DNA of 64,000 nt from Eledone cirrhosa (lineage: Eukaryota): the NCBI GenBank assembly GCA_964016885.1, contig OZ024747.1:6076001-6140000 (forward strand). The letters run 5' to 3'. The notes under the pieces are model-generated. The model had not been told where the DNA came from. It ran no database searches and saw only the letters and a program-made list of their open reading frames with translations. How positions within the stretch are numbered: position 1 is the stretch's first letter; each line of letters starts with the position of its first letter. Positions 38,291-51,880 of this stretch are shown here, piece after piece. Made by a program: the position numbers and the translations under genes.

Positions 38291-39758
38291 CAAAGCTGAC
38301 AGACTTTGGTGAGACCCAGCACTTCTCGCTTTTGCAGGGGGACGTAGGCGTGCCTCTATCCCGAATAGAAACCATTTTCCACCTGGGTAATGGCTTCACC
38401 GTCCGGCACGTAAAACACCAAGCTATGCAGGTAGGCTCTCAACAAATACCCTCTCTCTCTTTAACTCTCTCTTTAATTCTCTCTCTCTCTCTCTCTCTCA
38501 ACTCCCCCTCTCTCTTTAACTCTCTCTCTCTCTTCACCCCTCTTTACCTCTCTCTCTACCTCCCTACCTCTCTCTCTCTCAACTCCCTCTCTCTCTCTCA
38601 TTTCCCTCTCTCTTTACCCCCTCTAAACTCCCTCTCTCTTTACTCCCTCTCTCTTTACTCCCTCTCTAAACCCTCCCCTCTCTTTACTCCCTCTCTATAC
38701 CCCTCTCCATACCCCTCTCCCTACCTATCTTCCCCCTCTCCCCCACCCCCCTATCTACCCCCTCTTCACCCCCTCCCTAACTACCCCTCTCTCTATCCCT
38801 CTCCCATGCACCTCCAACCTTCACTCCTACTCTTTCACTAACTCTCTCACACCTCTTCTCTCTAATTCTTTTTTCTTTTTTTTTCTTACTAATAATATAA
38901 CCCCCTCCCCCCACCCTGCCATGTCCATAAAAGATTGTCTTGTTAATGTTGTTGTTAGTGCTGTTAGTGATGTTTGTTGTTGTTTAGTTTCAATTCATTA
39001 CACCTGTCGTCAAAGACATTCTAATCGTGACCACCCAATCATTCTGTTTTACCTGAGCTTGTCCTTCCTTGTTTTTATTTATAAGTACTTGGATTTAGCT
39101 GCTAGATTTAGCAAATAGAGTGACTATGTAAAGGCCCCCACATCTCAGTCTTGTTTAACTCCAAGTCAACTTTAAGCAACACATCTATAATCAAGTTTGT
39201 TAATTCAAATGTTTATAGTATCTTTACTGGTGGACAGATTGTTGTGAACATTTGCTGTAATGAAAATATCCTGTAATGATTTTACAGAAAATATCTAAAA
39301 ACTAGGTTTGTTTTACTTTGTTTTATGAATGGACAGATCATTGTGAAAATTTCTAGTAAACTAAATGATGTTTTGAATTTTTCTAGAAGGTCTCACTAAT
39401 GTGGCTTCATGTGGTACAGGACGTTAAGAGTTAACTCTAGTAAAAGTGTAGAAATAATTTGGACAGTACCTTACAGTATTTCATTACAACTCGATATTAG
39501 TATCATCACCGTTTCACATTCATTTTTCCACTCTAGCATGGGTTAGACGAGTTGTCCTGTTGTGAGACAAGCCAGGTCAGGTGACCATGTCTTGCTCTTA
39601 AACAACTGATTTTAGCTTAGTTTCTATGGCTAGATTTACAGTGTGGACTGGGCACTTTTTGTAATGACAGAAAATAAAGTACCAGTAATGCACTGGGGTT
39701 GATTTAATCAAATTTCTCCTCTCTTCTAAATTGCTGGCCTTGTGCCTAAATCAGAAAC

Positions 39759-39792
<34 letters not shown>

Positions 39793-42713
39793 GGTGCAGG
39801 TGTTGTTTCCTTGAGCAAGACACTTTTTCACATTGCTCCAGTTTACTCAGCTGTAGAAATGAGATGATAGGGACTGGGGTCCCTATCATTCCACTGTAAA
39901 GTGGTCGTGGAGGTGCCACGGCAGAAAAGCACCCAGCACTCACTGTAAATGAGGTTGGTGTTAGGAAGGGCATCCAGCTGTAGAAATCAAGCCAGAATCA
40001 GTTCCCGTATGAGCAAGACAAGGTCAGCCGACCGGACACTGCCCACAACAGGACAACACGCCTATCCCATGCTAGCGTGGAAAAACGGACGTAAAGCGAT
40101 GATGATGATGAAAACCTTGTATCGTAGTATTGGATTAACAAATATCTTGTGAGTGGAGTTTGGTAGACAGAAATTATGCAGAAGCCCATTTTATATATAT
40201 CATCCATCACCGTTTACTGTTTATTTCCCATGCTTGCAGGGGTCAGATAGGTTGTCACTAACTGAGGTTAAAATGGTCAGGGGACCATGTTCTGGGCTTG
40301 GTTTCTATTAAAACCAGCCACTTTATAGCATGTACTGAGAGTATTTTATCGTGACACTAGCTCTACCACCTTACAGCGAGGACTAGTTGCTCTTTTGTCA
40401 TGACAGTAGCTCTACCACCTTACAGCGAGGACTAGTTGCTCTTTTGTCATGACAGTAGCTCTACCACTTTACAGGGAGGACTGGGTGCTTTTTATCCTTA
40501 CACCAGCACTACCACCTTACAAGATGGACTGGGTGCTTTTCATCCTTAAAAGGATGATGATGATTATATATATATATATATATATGCACACACACACATA
40601 CATACCCACATAACACTGCTATACACTAGCATGCACAACAATAAACATACAAACATTAGATGTATACAAAGAAATTTAAGGTCCACACTAACTCAGCTTT
40701 CAAGCTTACACACAAATACATGAGAACCAAGAGATACACATACAGCCCAAAGATATCTACTCTGACACAATGACCCCCCCCACATAAACCCATAATGAAC
40801 ACACACACGCTAAGCGCTCAGTTATCTCCCCTATCACTTTTGTGTGTATAAAACAGTCTTTTCCTCCTCTTTTTTTTGGTTATTTTCAAGATGGTGTGAT
40901 CTGTATCAAAGCACGTGTGTTCTCACCTCATTTCTAGTTGTTTTTTTTTTCTATTCCTTTCTCTCATCCTCTCTTTCCAAAGAAGGGCTTAAGCTTGAAA
41001 CATCAAAGACAATTGTATTTCTATTTCCAGACCATCAATACACTTCATTTTCACCTTGTCTTTTGCATTGTTATACTCGTACACACACTCTCTCACTCTC
41101 TCTCTCTCACACACGCGGACTCATACACAATATTACATCTACTTTCCAATCAGGCATGGGTTGGATGAGTTGTCACAATTTGGGTTTCGTTCCTCCTAGA
41201 TGGGCTGGAGACTCACATATTTCAAATTTTAGCATGGTTTCTGCAACTGCATGTCCTGCTTAACACCAACCACCTTACAGAGTGTACTGGATGCCTTTTA
41301 TCATGCCACCAGCACTAGGGAGTTTGGTGTGTCCTCACAACCCTTTGTTTAGCATGGGTTCTACAGTTGGATGCCCCACCTAACATCAGCCACTTTACAG
41401 GGTGTACTGGGTGTCATTTATCATGATACCAATACTACCACTTCAAGGATTTTCACACATCTAATCACTGAACTATAGGGCCCCGTTTATGCAGGACATA
41501 AACAAATTTCACCGCTTGTGCTAGCAATATCAAATGCAAAATAGTCATCGACATACACACACACACACACACATAATTAGCTTCCTTAAAGTTACCAAAT
41601 TTTTACCAAATACACTCAGAAACTCTTACCCAGCCTGAGGCTATAGAAAACACTTGCTACAGAGTGGGATAAAACAGATAAGGGTGAGGTTGTGAAGCAG
41701 ACATCCTAACCACATGACCATCTTTTCACAGCTCCCCACTCCCTACACACACATATGGTGCGATGAACAAAATGCACGCTGTTCACCCTGTAAGTGGTTG
41801 TCAATAGGAAGGGCACCCGACTACAGAAACTAGGCCAAACAAAGGGTCAGGAGGACTCTTCAGCTGGGTCAAAGACATGACAACCTCCCTTTTGCTGGTG
41901 TCAAAATAAAATGTACACCTCCCCGGTAACATATGTAAGCAAGATGCTGGCCCTTTGGCCTGTTTGAGAAGTCAGTAGATCTGATTAACCCATTAGCATT
42001 TAAACCGGCTGTATCCAGCCAGAATTTTCTCACCTCTTTCTTTTCAAACCGGTTGTAACTGGCCACTCGGTGATGTTAAGGTATTGTTCTCAAAATAAAG
42101 GACATCAAAATCTCAGATTCAATATTATGTAAGGTAAAGCCTTTACCACAAAAATACAATAGTAAATATAGAATAATTGTTTCTACTTTTGGCAAAAGGC
42201 CAGCAATTATCCCAGTGTATTACTGGTGTTTTAGTAAATATAGAATAATGTAAATGCTAAAGGGTTAAATACTGACTCAATCTGTAATTCCTCTCCAGCC
42301 CTTGTTAGAAGGGAAAACAAACATTAAGTGATGATAGTCATAAATTGTATACAATGGGCTTCTGTAGGATCTGTCTACCAAATTCCACTGACAAGATATT
42401 GGTCAGCCCGAGGTGCCAGAAAGTGGGACTGACCCACAAGATATTGGTCAACCCATTTGTGTGTGCGCGTGTGTCTTTATATATGTACATGTCTGTATGC
42501 GTGTGGGACAGTGTTTATATATGTATATGTGAGTTTCTCTATTTATGTACACACACATATATATATATATATATAAACGTGTGTGTGTGTTTCTGGACCA
42601 AGCATGTATTCCCAAATTCTTTAGAATGTTTCTTAGTATCTTCTGATATCTTGCATGTGTTTCTGCATGGTTTAACTATAAGCATCTTGTTACTGATGCC
42701 CTTTTTATTAAGG

Positions 42714-42745
<32 letters not shown>

Positions 42746-42753
42746 TCTCTCTA

Positions 42754-42841
42754 CAGGGTGTCCCCCCCCCCCAAAAAAAAATGTATACACATTATTATTA
42801 GAATGCTGTTGAAGTGTGTATACATTTTTTGGGACACCCTG
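42754..42841. mobile_element. Tc1/mariner-type MITE, 88 bp
   Basis: TA|CAGGGTGTCCC..AAAAAATGTATACAC...GTGTATACATTTTTTGGGACACCCTG|TA. Confidence 0.85.
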
Positions 42842-44630
42842 TATATCTGTGTATCTGAATGGTTTAACTATAAGCATCTTGTTACTAATAAAAGTCCTTA
42901 CTAACGATGTCTGTTTCTCCCCCATTTGTGTGTCTGAATTGTTAAGTTAGTTTCTGAGTTTGATCCCATGTTGTCACCAACATCAGGTGCATTTCTGACT
43001 GCCTGGGACCACATAGCCATGGCATGCTGTCACCAGTGTGCTACAGCTCTGTGGCACCTGACAGACAGAATAGACCTGATGTTGATATAGTTTGGTGACA
43101 GTGTGCCATAACTGTGGCCCGAAGCAGTCAGAAATGAACCTTATTTTGTAAATCCTAGTCATCTTATAATTTATGTGAAGAAAAAGAAGAAATTCATTAG
43201 ATGACAGTATAATTCATCTTTGCCACTCTGGTGATGTCGTCCCTGGGCAGAGTGGGGAAGTGTTCTCCCGTGTATAGGAGACTATACGCCATGATATCCT
43301 TTAGCGTACATAGTTATGTCCTTTAATGTACTGTGTGATATCCTTTAATGTATGTTAAACACACATGCACACAAACACATACGTTATTTATACACCACCA
43401 CAGCTATTCATACTTCATCTACATACCCCTGTACACATACACACACCACACCGCACACATACACCACACACATACACACAACTCACACATATACATACAC
43501 CACACACATGCACACTTTCTTGTGGACCTCTATCGAACATTAACTATATATAACAAGTGAACTGTTAGTTTGCTTATTTCTCTTTCTGTTCTTAACCCCA
43601 TTCAATAGCAATCCACATGGGACCATCACTATGAACTCTGGTTATATATCATGCAAATTCCTTGTTTTTAAAAATGTTTATATTTAAATTCAAACCCTTC
43701 ATTGTAATTTCCTACAGATCTCAGATTGTTAGCAGTAATAAGTAAAATATAAGTATTTAAAAGAAAGGATTAAGATAGTAAACCAGAAGAGAGATAGAAA
43801 ACTTAATAAAAAATTAAGGTAGGGGGGACGTTCAAACTCTACATCCTCGGTAGGGGAGTATATTTCAGTTACACCTCATGGATAACATGGTGAAAATATT
43901 TTAATTTTATATCTTATGTTCCAAACACAAGTTTAAACCCTTTACCATTTAAACCGGCCATATCCGGCCAGAATTCTCTCACCTCTCTCTGTTCAAACCA
44001 GCCACTCATACCGATGTTAAGGTATTATTCTCAAAATAAATATTAAAATCTCATAGATTTGATAGTATGTGAGATAATTATGTGAAGCCTTTACTGTGAA
44101 AATACAATAGAAAATATAGAGCAATGTAAATGCTAAAGGGTTAATAACGAAAAAAAGCATTTTATTAAATCTCTTCAAATTCTTTATTATTTTCAAAATT
44201 AATGGAAACACATTGGTTGTTTGATATCTTTTTGGAAATATTGTCAGGAAATGGTTGATATTGATCTTGATACTTTTTAATAATGATATATTATGGTTTA
44301 ACCTTTTTGGTGCCAACCTGGCCAAAACCAGCTCTGGTTTTACGAAACAAAGCCACCCATTTTAAAAGGTTCCTATTTAAATTAAAATCTTCCAGTAGTT
44401 TTATATAAGAACCATATAATTCATTACTATTTTAGTAATGAAATACTTAGTAATTTTTGTAAATCTCTCAAAATTCTTCCCTACTTAACTGAAAAATAGT
44501 GTCTGTCATAAGAAATAAGGTACCAACAGGGTTAAAGGGTTTCTCTAAAATCGGATATATAAACTGTTAAGTTACTTAGAAGTGAAGGAATTAACAATTT
44601 TAGTAAATCCCTCAAAATTCTTTATTGAAG

Positions 44631-44966
44631 TACTCTTGGGTCTCAAATAATTGTCCCTCACTGCTTACTAATTTTTCAGACCCTTGCCCAATAGCTCTTA
44701 TTCCAACCCTTCGCTTATATTTTGCTAATCTATCTCTGCCGAAATTTTATTTTAAGTGGTACCATTCCTATGATAATTAATTTTCTTTATACATTAAAAA
44801 ACATTACACATGACAAAAAAGTACATTACTAGAAATCCCATTTGCTATAAAATAAATAGGATGGTTTGGGGGTCTCAATATGTAAACTAAACAACTAATT
44901 CTGGTTTTTAAAAGAAATCATGAGACAACCTTATTCCAGCCCCCTAACATTTGAGATTGGAGAGTA
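44631..44966. mobile_element. TA-flanked MITE with TACTCT..TCTCAAAT termini (second copy at about 27207-27610)
   Basis: Imperfect TIRs and a shared internal sequence in two copies. Confidence 0.65.
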
Positions 44967-45447
44967 GAAATAAAACCAGCGTTCTTATTTAAATCAAAAT
45001 CTCCCAACATAGTTTTAGAACCATATTTTAAATTACTAACTTATGTTTATATTTTATGTTTGTATTAATTCACGTTTCTTATTTTAGTAGAATTCTCAAC
45101 TTTTCAGTATTGTACTTTTAAAATTAATTTTGAAGTTTTCTTTTGTGTATTCTAGAAATTTCAGTATTTTTTGTTTTGTTTTGAATTCTTCTTCAATTTG
45201 ATAGACGACATGCCTGTATTTTAAATATACTGTATATAGTTATGTATAATATATGTATGTGTGTATATATATATATATACATACATACATATATTATTCA
45301 TCTATACTAGATGAATAATATATGTATAATAATATATGTATGTGTGTATATATATACATATATTATTCATCTAGTCCTTGTAGAAATGAATATTAAAACT
45401 CTACTTTCGTATTGAGTACTCCTTTCTCTCAGCTGTCAGCCACATAT

Positions 45448-45489
<42 letters not shown>

Positions 45490-45557
45490 CGATAATAATG
45501 AAAATTATTGTGTAGTGCTCAGAATATATATATATTTATCTTTTTAAATCATTTCAG

Positions 45558-45687
45558 ACCAACAACATAAAAGACTGTCCTGTCGATGTAGAATGTTCCT
45601 TTCTTCATAGTTGTGCTCTCTGTCAACTGGAAGGAAACTGTTCTTGGATTGAGAACAACAAATCCTGTGTATATAAAGAGAAAAGTA
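45558..45687 (+). CDS. ATRN: Attractin exon, PSI
   Basis: tttcag|ACCA...AGTA|gtgagt; DCPVDVECSFLHSCALCQLEGNCSWIENNKSC. Confidence 0.87.
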
Positions 45688-46025
45688 GTGAGTATTTCCT
45701 GTCACCCAGACCAAGCCATTGCTTTACACCTAGAATCTCACTCTTTTCTTTAGCTTTCATTATTTGTTCTGTTGATTTCTCTTTGTATTGCTTATCTCTC
45801 TATCTGCAATGTCAGTCTTCTTTTATCTGTAATGTTTATTTCCCTTTATTTCTAATATTTATTTGCCCCCCCCCCCCCGCTCCCATGTATTGATACTGTT
45901 TATCTCCCTTAGTAGTGTATTCTCTAGTAATGTTTTCTTTCTTTTAATTGTAGCCATGCTTTATTTGTATTGTTTACCTCCCTTTATAACTATTCTAACC
46001 GTTTCTCTCTCTCTCTTATCCCCAG

Positions 46026-46211
46026 GTACAAAATCCACTCCTCAGAAGTGCAAAGTCCCCTGTCCATCTCATACAACATGTGAAAACTGCACGAGGGAAG
46101 AGTGCATGTGGTGCAGTAGTGCACAGCGTTGCGTTGATATGAACTCTTATGTAGTGTCTTTCCTCTATGGTCAATGTACTAAGTGGAACACAGACAAAAA
46201 CCTCTGTACAA
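46026..46211 (+). CDS. ATRN: Attractin exon, PSI
   Basis: cccag|GTAC...TACAA|gtaag; CKVPCPSHTTCENCTREECMWCSSAQRCVDMNSYVVSFLYGQCTKW. Confidence 0.94.
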
Positions 46212-46811
46212 GTAAGCCAACTCCTCATCATTTCTTTTCTTCTTTTATTGCTTTCAGTCATTAGATTGTTGCCATGTTGGGGCACTGCTTTGATTTAGTC
46301 AATAATATCAATCTCTGAAGGGTCTTTAGGGTAACATTACTCAATAGAGTGTGTAGCTTGGAGATCAGTCACGCCAGGTAGAGCTGCTATTTCTCCGAAT
46401 TGAGGAATCACAACTCCAATACTACGGGCATGTGGTAAGAATGTCTCAGGAAAGAATCACTGGATATATTTCACAAGTAAAACCAACCGGCAGGAGATCA
46501 AGAGGTAGACCCTGAGCAAGATGGTTGGATAACATCCATGTGTATCCAGTTTAGAATAAGTTTAAGATAAGTACATCATATCCTTGTATGTTGTAAGAAG
46601 TGACTAAAATGGTTAGTATTAGGGAGGACATCCAGTTGTAAGACATTGCCTTAAAAAGTCCCAGTATGGATAAGTTGATGTAAATGATGATGATGATCTA
46701 TGTTTATATATGTATATTGTCTAACCCATGCTAGTGTGGGAAAATAGATGTTAAATGGTGATAATGATGATAATGATCTATATTTCTAAATGTATGTTGT
46801 CCATATTTCAG

Positions 46812-47006
46812 AAAACCGTTGTTCAGACATCAGAACGTGCAAAGAATGTCAGATGAATCCAATATGTGGTTGGTGCCATGATGTAAGTAACACAGGCCTT
46901 GGTCATTGTGAAGAAGGTGGTATGTCTGGTCCAGCTAAACTGGCCTGGAATACTGGTTCAACATCCACCTGTCCACTCTCCAGATGGTATTTTGTACAGT
47001 GCCCAT
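46812..47006 (+). CDS. ATRN: Attractin exon, PSI
   Basis: tttcag|AAAA...CCAT|gtaag; CSDIRTCKECQMNPICGWCHDVSNTGLGHCEEGG...WYFVQCP. Confidence 0.94.
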
Positions 47007-47620
47007 GTAAGTGACATTAATGAAGAATTTTGAGAGATTTACTAAAATTATTAATTATTTCATTACTAAGATAATAATTTAAGATATGGTTCTTATTTAA
47101 AATTATGTTGGAAGATTTTAATTTAAACAGAAAGCCTTTAAAATGGGTGATTTTGTTTCATAGAACCCAAGCTGGTTTTGGCTGGAAGGGTCTGTTTAAA
47201 ATGAGTGGCTTTGTTTAATACAATCAGAACCAATTTTAGCCTGGCTTGTATCAAAAGGGTTAATGATTAATTTCTGTCCAAATAGAGGAGAAAATTCTGG
47301 AATTTATAATAAGACTAAAATGTAAGCAGAATATTATGGATTGATTCTAATCTTTGATCATACACTGACAACTCTGGACATGTTTCAGTACTATTAAACC
47401 TTCTCAGTGAATCATAATCCAAAGTTACTAATCACCCGCCTTTTGGATCACATTGCCTATATTTTCAATATTAAATGTTCTTTTATTTTGTATGAGAAAC
47501 ACATTGTTTATATATTGTAATTGTCCTTTTTTTTTCATTTTTTTCTTTCTCTCCCTCTGTCTAGTATGCCACAAATATGTTGTTTGTATGTATTAATCAT
47601 CCTTTTCTCTCTTTCTCCAG

Positions 47621-47695
47621 TATGCCAGTGTAATGGCCACAGCATCTGTAATGAGACCACCAACATCTGTATTGAATGTCAGAACAATACCACAG
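47621..47695 (+). CDS. ATRN: Attractin exon, laminin-EGF
   Basis: ctccag|TATG...ACAG|gtaaa; CQCNGHSICNETTNICIECQNNTT. Confidence 0.93.
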
Positions 47696-48298
47696 GTAAA
47701 CTTACCCACTAATATGCTCACATGTATATATATACTCACTATAGAAGACACTCTACGGGGAAAACATGGGCTCCATAAGCCGTAGTGAAGGCAACCCGTC
47801 TAGGAGAGTAGACACTCCAAATAAAAACTAAGATAGGGTGGAGAGGACTGTTGAGTCCAGTAAGACAACCTTTCTAGTGGTGGTGGCACAAATAATGCAC
47901 CCATTCCACCCTGTAAAGTGGTTAGTGATAGGAAGGGTGTATACTGTGGTCACTATATATATAGTTGAACCTTTTCTACCAGGAAAAAAGATAAATGATG
48001 AGAGGATGATTATGGATATATCATCATCATTTAACGTCCATTTTCCACACTAGCATGGGTTAGACGAGTTGTATCGATGTAAGGCAAGCCAGGTCAGATG
48101 TCCATGTCTTGCTCATACAGGACTGGGCTTGGTCTCTACGGCCAGAGGCCCTTCCTAACACACACGCGCACACACCTTTGATGTCATATTCTCACAATCT
48201 TACTATTACTTTTATATTTACTCCACATATATACACACATATACAGTAATAAGTCACACACATACATTCACCTTTATCTGTCTTTCTCTACTCTCTAG

Positions 48299-48364
48299 GT
48301 GATACATGTAATCGGTGCCAAAAAGGTTTTTATGGAGCTCCTCAAAATGGAGGCTTATGTAAAC
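48299..48364 (+). CDS. ATRN: Attractin exon, laminin-EGF
   Basis: ctctag|GTGA...AAAC|gtaag; GDTCNRCQKGFYGAPQNGGLCK. Confidence 0.92.
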
Positions 48365-49176
48365 GTAAGTAGTAAATCTCTGCCAGTCTGTCTGTCTGTA
48401 TGTCTGTTATTTAGTCAGAGAAGTATGAGGAGTGAGGGACAGACCCCCCCCCCCCCCCCCGACAAGGAATATAATCAATATAAGTGGTGTTTGGCTGAAG
48501 GGGAAATTGATATGGTTGCTATTCAGCAAGAATTGGTTGCACATACATGTTAAGTGTATGAAACTTTACTTAGACTAAATGACTAAATAAGCTCTTGCAA
48601 TAGATTGAACATTGTTTTCCTTGACCTTTTATCTACAGATAAACATTTCATGTTGCTCTAGTATACTCAGCTGAAAATGAGTACCAGTAATAGCTGGGGT
48701 GTTTAACCTTGTGAGGGATTGGCATCCTGTCCAGGGGGAGAGAGTCTTGTACTCTCAGTTGCTTCACGCCAGGAAACCGGGATAAGCACCGACCTGATGA
48801 TTCTCCTGGCTTGAGGCAGACTTTAATACAACTTACTTGACAAAAGAATTAGGATATTATCCGGTAGTATTCTAGATGTATATCTGGCAGCTACTCTACA
48901 TGATCTAGGGAGTTTGGGTCTTCATTTCACAGGGAACCCTATTATTGAAACACTCCAAGAAATCACCTATGTGTTACCACATAAGAGACCAGCTAAACCT
49001 CCATAGGTGTGAAGTATAAATTTTCATTTTTTTTCCCCACATATTTTTGAATGTATGCTTTTTGTATGTGTATGTGTATATATGGTGGGTAGCTTACCAT
49101 ACATGTGTGTACACATACATGTATATGTAAATATATTTATATATCTCTTCTATATCTCAATCCTCTCACTATACAG

Positions 49177-49270
49177 CCTGTAACTGTAACAAACAAGCTA
49201 AACTATGTGATGAACAATCAGGGAACTGCCACTGTGGCACACGAGGAGTGGTTGGCAAGAAATGTGAATG
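49177..49270 (+). CDS. ATRN: Attractin exon, laminin-EGF
   Basis: atacag|CCTG...GAATG|gtgagt; PCNCNKQAKLCDEQSGNCHCGTRGVVGKKCE. Confidence 0.92.
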
Positions 49271-49302
49271 GTGAGTCACAACACATCGTCTCTCTCTCTC
49301 TC

Positions 49303-49355
<53 letters not shown>

Positions 49356-50000
49356 TTGACAAACCACAACAGAAACACAAACCCTCCATCTTAATTTTAC
49401 TTTTGAAAATCACAAGAACTGTGAAACTGGTATGGTAAATAAATAAATTAATATTCTTAAAAGACTCCAGTTGCATTTTCAATTTCTTTTTCTTATACTT
49501 TCATTTGTGAGGGACATCTCTTTTTAAAAAAACCTAATTTTCTTTATATATATATATATATATATATACTTTTTTACCTGTTCCAGCCATCTGGCCATTA
49601 TATATATATATATAAACACAAATGCACTCAGTTTTTTTTTTTAGGTTAAAAATATTCATTTCAAATAGCTAGATTGCAAATAGTTGTTGATAATTGTTTA
49701 GAAATGATGCACAAAATACTAAACATCCAATTGTTTTACATTCTTTCATGTCGTGATAAACTAAATATTGTTGTGAAATATATGTGACTGAGATTTTGAG
49801 GGATAACAGGGTACAAATTTGCAAAAATAATTTTTAGAGACCTGGCTAGATTCCGGGGTTATATACACAAGACTAATCTCTTCCCTTTTTTTAGCATTAG
49901 AAATGGGGGCGTGAGTCACATTGTAAATAAAAAAAAATATAGTTCTAAATTTGCCTTCCAGATCCATGACCCCTAATCCTTGTTTTATTTTCAATTTTAG

Positions 50001-50056
50001 GTGTGATACGTCGGAGAAATATATAGGAAACCCCAATGATGGTGGAACTTGCTATT
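50001..50056 (+). CDS. ATRN: Attractin exon, laminin-EGF end
   Basis: ttttag|GTGT...TATT|gtaag; CDTSEKYIGNPNDGGTCY. Confidence 0.91.
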
Positions 50057-50792
50057 GTAAGTTAATTTTTGTTGTGTTTTCATGTTTATTTTGTGCTGTC
50101 TTGTTTTTTGTTTAGTGTGATGAGCTACAGTTAGATTATGGGGACTTATAGCTCCCTCCCAGGGGCTTGGTTTCATTTCAATGGAGATGAATCTGCATAG
50201 AAAGACAATGAATTACTGGTGACATTCACTGAAGACAGATTGATTGTTCTCTCATCTCATTTGACTCCTTACCTAATTAGTTGAGCTAAAACTCTTTGGC
50301 ATTTCTTAACTTCATTCTTTTATGGACACACACACACACACCTCAATAATGTTCTGCAGCTGGTGCAGCCAGCTATTGGAGTGCTACTCTAGATGTGCCA
50401 CTGGTGCAGCCAGTTGTTGGGGTGCCACTGGTGCAACCAGCTGTTGGGGTGCAACACTAGATATGCTACTGGTGCATCGGACTAGGATTTTCTTGTCTGT
50501 ACGAATGCAGTCTTCTCTCCTACACGCCACCACAGATTCCTCTTAAACCTGTTTTCTCCCTCACACTTATCCAAACTTTGTCTTTCTCTCACATTTACGT
50601 AGCATATCCAACGGAACATGGCTACTTCATTTCTCTCCAGTCTACATATGTCCTCCACAGTTACTGCCCATGCATCACCACCATATATATATATATATAT
50701 ATATATATAATTCTATACAACCCATGTTTCACTACTATATATATATATATTTATATATATATATATATAATTCTATACAGCCCATGTATCAC

Positions 50793-50828
<36 letters not shown>

Positions 50829-50850
50829 CTATACAGCCCATGTATCACCA

Positions 50851-50890
<40 letters not shown>

Positions 50891-50930
50891 CCCATGTTTC
50901 ACTACCATATATATAATTCTATATTTGCAG

Positions 50931-51025
50931 ATCAGTTATTAACAGATTACCAATTTACCTTCAACCTATCTAAACCAGATGATCAATACTACACTCAAAT
51001 CAACTTCATGAATCGTCCTTCTGCC
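50931..51025 (+). CDS. ATRN: Attractin exon, membrane-proximal domain
   Basis: ttgcag|ATCA...TGCC|gtaag; YQLLTDYQFTFNLSKPDDQYYTQINFMNRPSA. Confidence 0.94.
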
Positions 51026-51107
51026 GTAAGTCTCACTTTCTCTCTCTCTTATGTTTAAGGAGTTCCACTCTCAATCATAACCTCATGGGGGTCGTGGATA
51101 GGGACTT

Positions 51108-51282
51108 TGTTGTAATGGAGCCCTAACAGATAAGGGACTGTTGTAATGGAGCCCTAACAGATAAGGGACTGTTGTAATGGAGCCCTAACAGATAAGGGAC
51201 TGTTGTAATGGAGCCCTAACAGATAAGGGACTGTTGTAATGGAGCCCTAACAGATAAGGGACTGTTGTAATGGAGCCCTAAC
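51108..51282. repeat. 31-bp tandem repeat, about 5.6 copies
   Basis: TTGTAATGGAGCCCTAACAGATAAGGGACTG. Confidence 0.93.
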
Positions 51283-51305
51283 AAATGTTTTGTTTCTTTT
51301 TCCAG

Positions 51306-51375
51306 GGTGACCGTGATGTTGACTTCTCAGTAAATTGTTCTGGATTTGCAAACCTCAATATCTCGTATAACTCAA
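51306..51375 (+). CDS. ATRN: Attractin exon, membrane-proximal domain
   Basis: ttccag|GGTG...CTCAA|gtaag; GDRDVDFSVNCSGFANLNISYNS. Confidence 0.9.
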
Positions 51376-51835
51376 GTAAGTCACAACTATTCTTCAACTT
51401 TCCTGTATAGAAAGACAGAAGAGAGAGTACATGTTAAATGATGACAAATCTCTCTCTCCAGTCCACACTGTAATGTGGTTGGCATTAGGAAGGACATCCA
51501 GCTGTAGAAACCAATCCAAAATCAATTCTGTATGGGCAAGACATGGTCATCTGATTTGGCTTGTCTCATAACAGGTCAGGTCGTCTAACCTATACTAGTG
51601 TGGGAAAATGGACGTCGGATGCTGAGGATGATATTTATACTCTCACACACACACACGTATATATATTCTTTCACTATTATTACTCCAAGTATAACCTGCA
51701 TAGGAATTCACGTGAACTCGCTGCCTAACTATGGAAACATCTTGTTGAGTCAAACAAAGCCGTTTGTTAAAATTATCCACGACGCTGAGTACTCACAACC
51801 TCTAACTGGACTACCTATAACGATAACTTGTTATC

Positions 51836-51880
<45 letters not shown>

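Noticed and set aside
38292-38448. GC-richer island between microsatellites, possibly an HDV-like ribozyme or exon
   Set aside because: I could not build the HDV pseudoknot or see attractin similarity; probably a transposon fragment, left unassigned.
36617-38841. His/Thr/Pro-rich ORFs
   Set aside because: CAC/TAC and CT microsatellites; the only coding-like part is a LINE 3' remnant.
48765-48812. GAAAC...CTGATGA hammerhead-like words
   Set aside because: No UH cleavage site or stems I/III can be formed; it looks like the tail of an old SINE.
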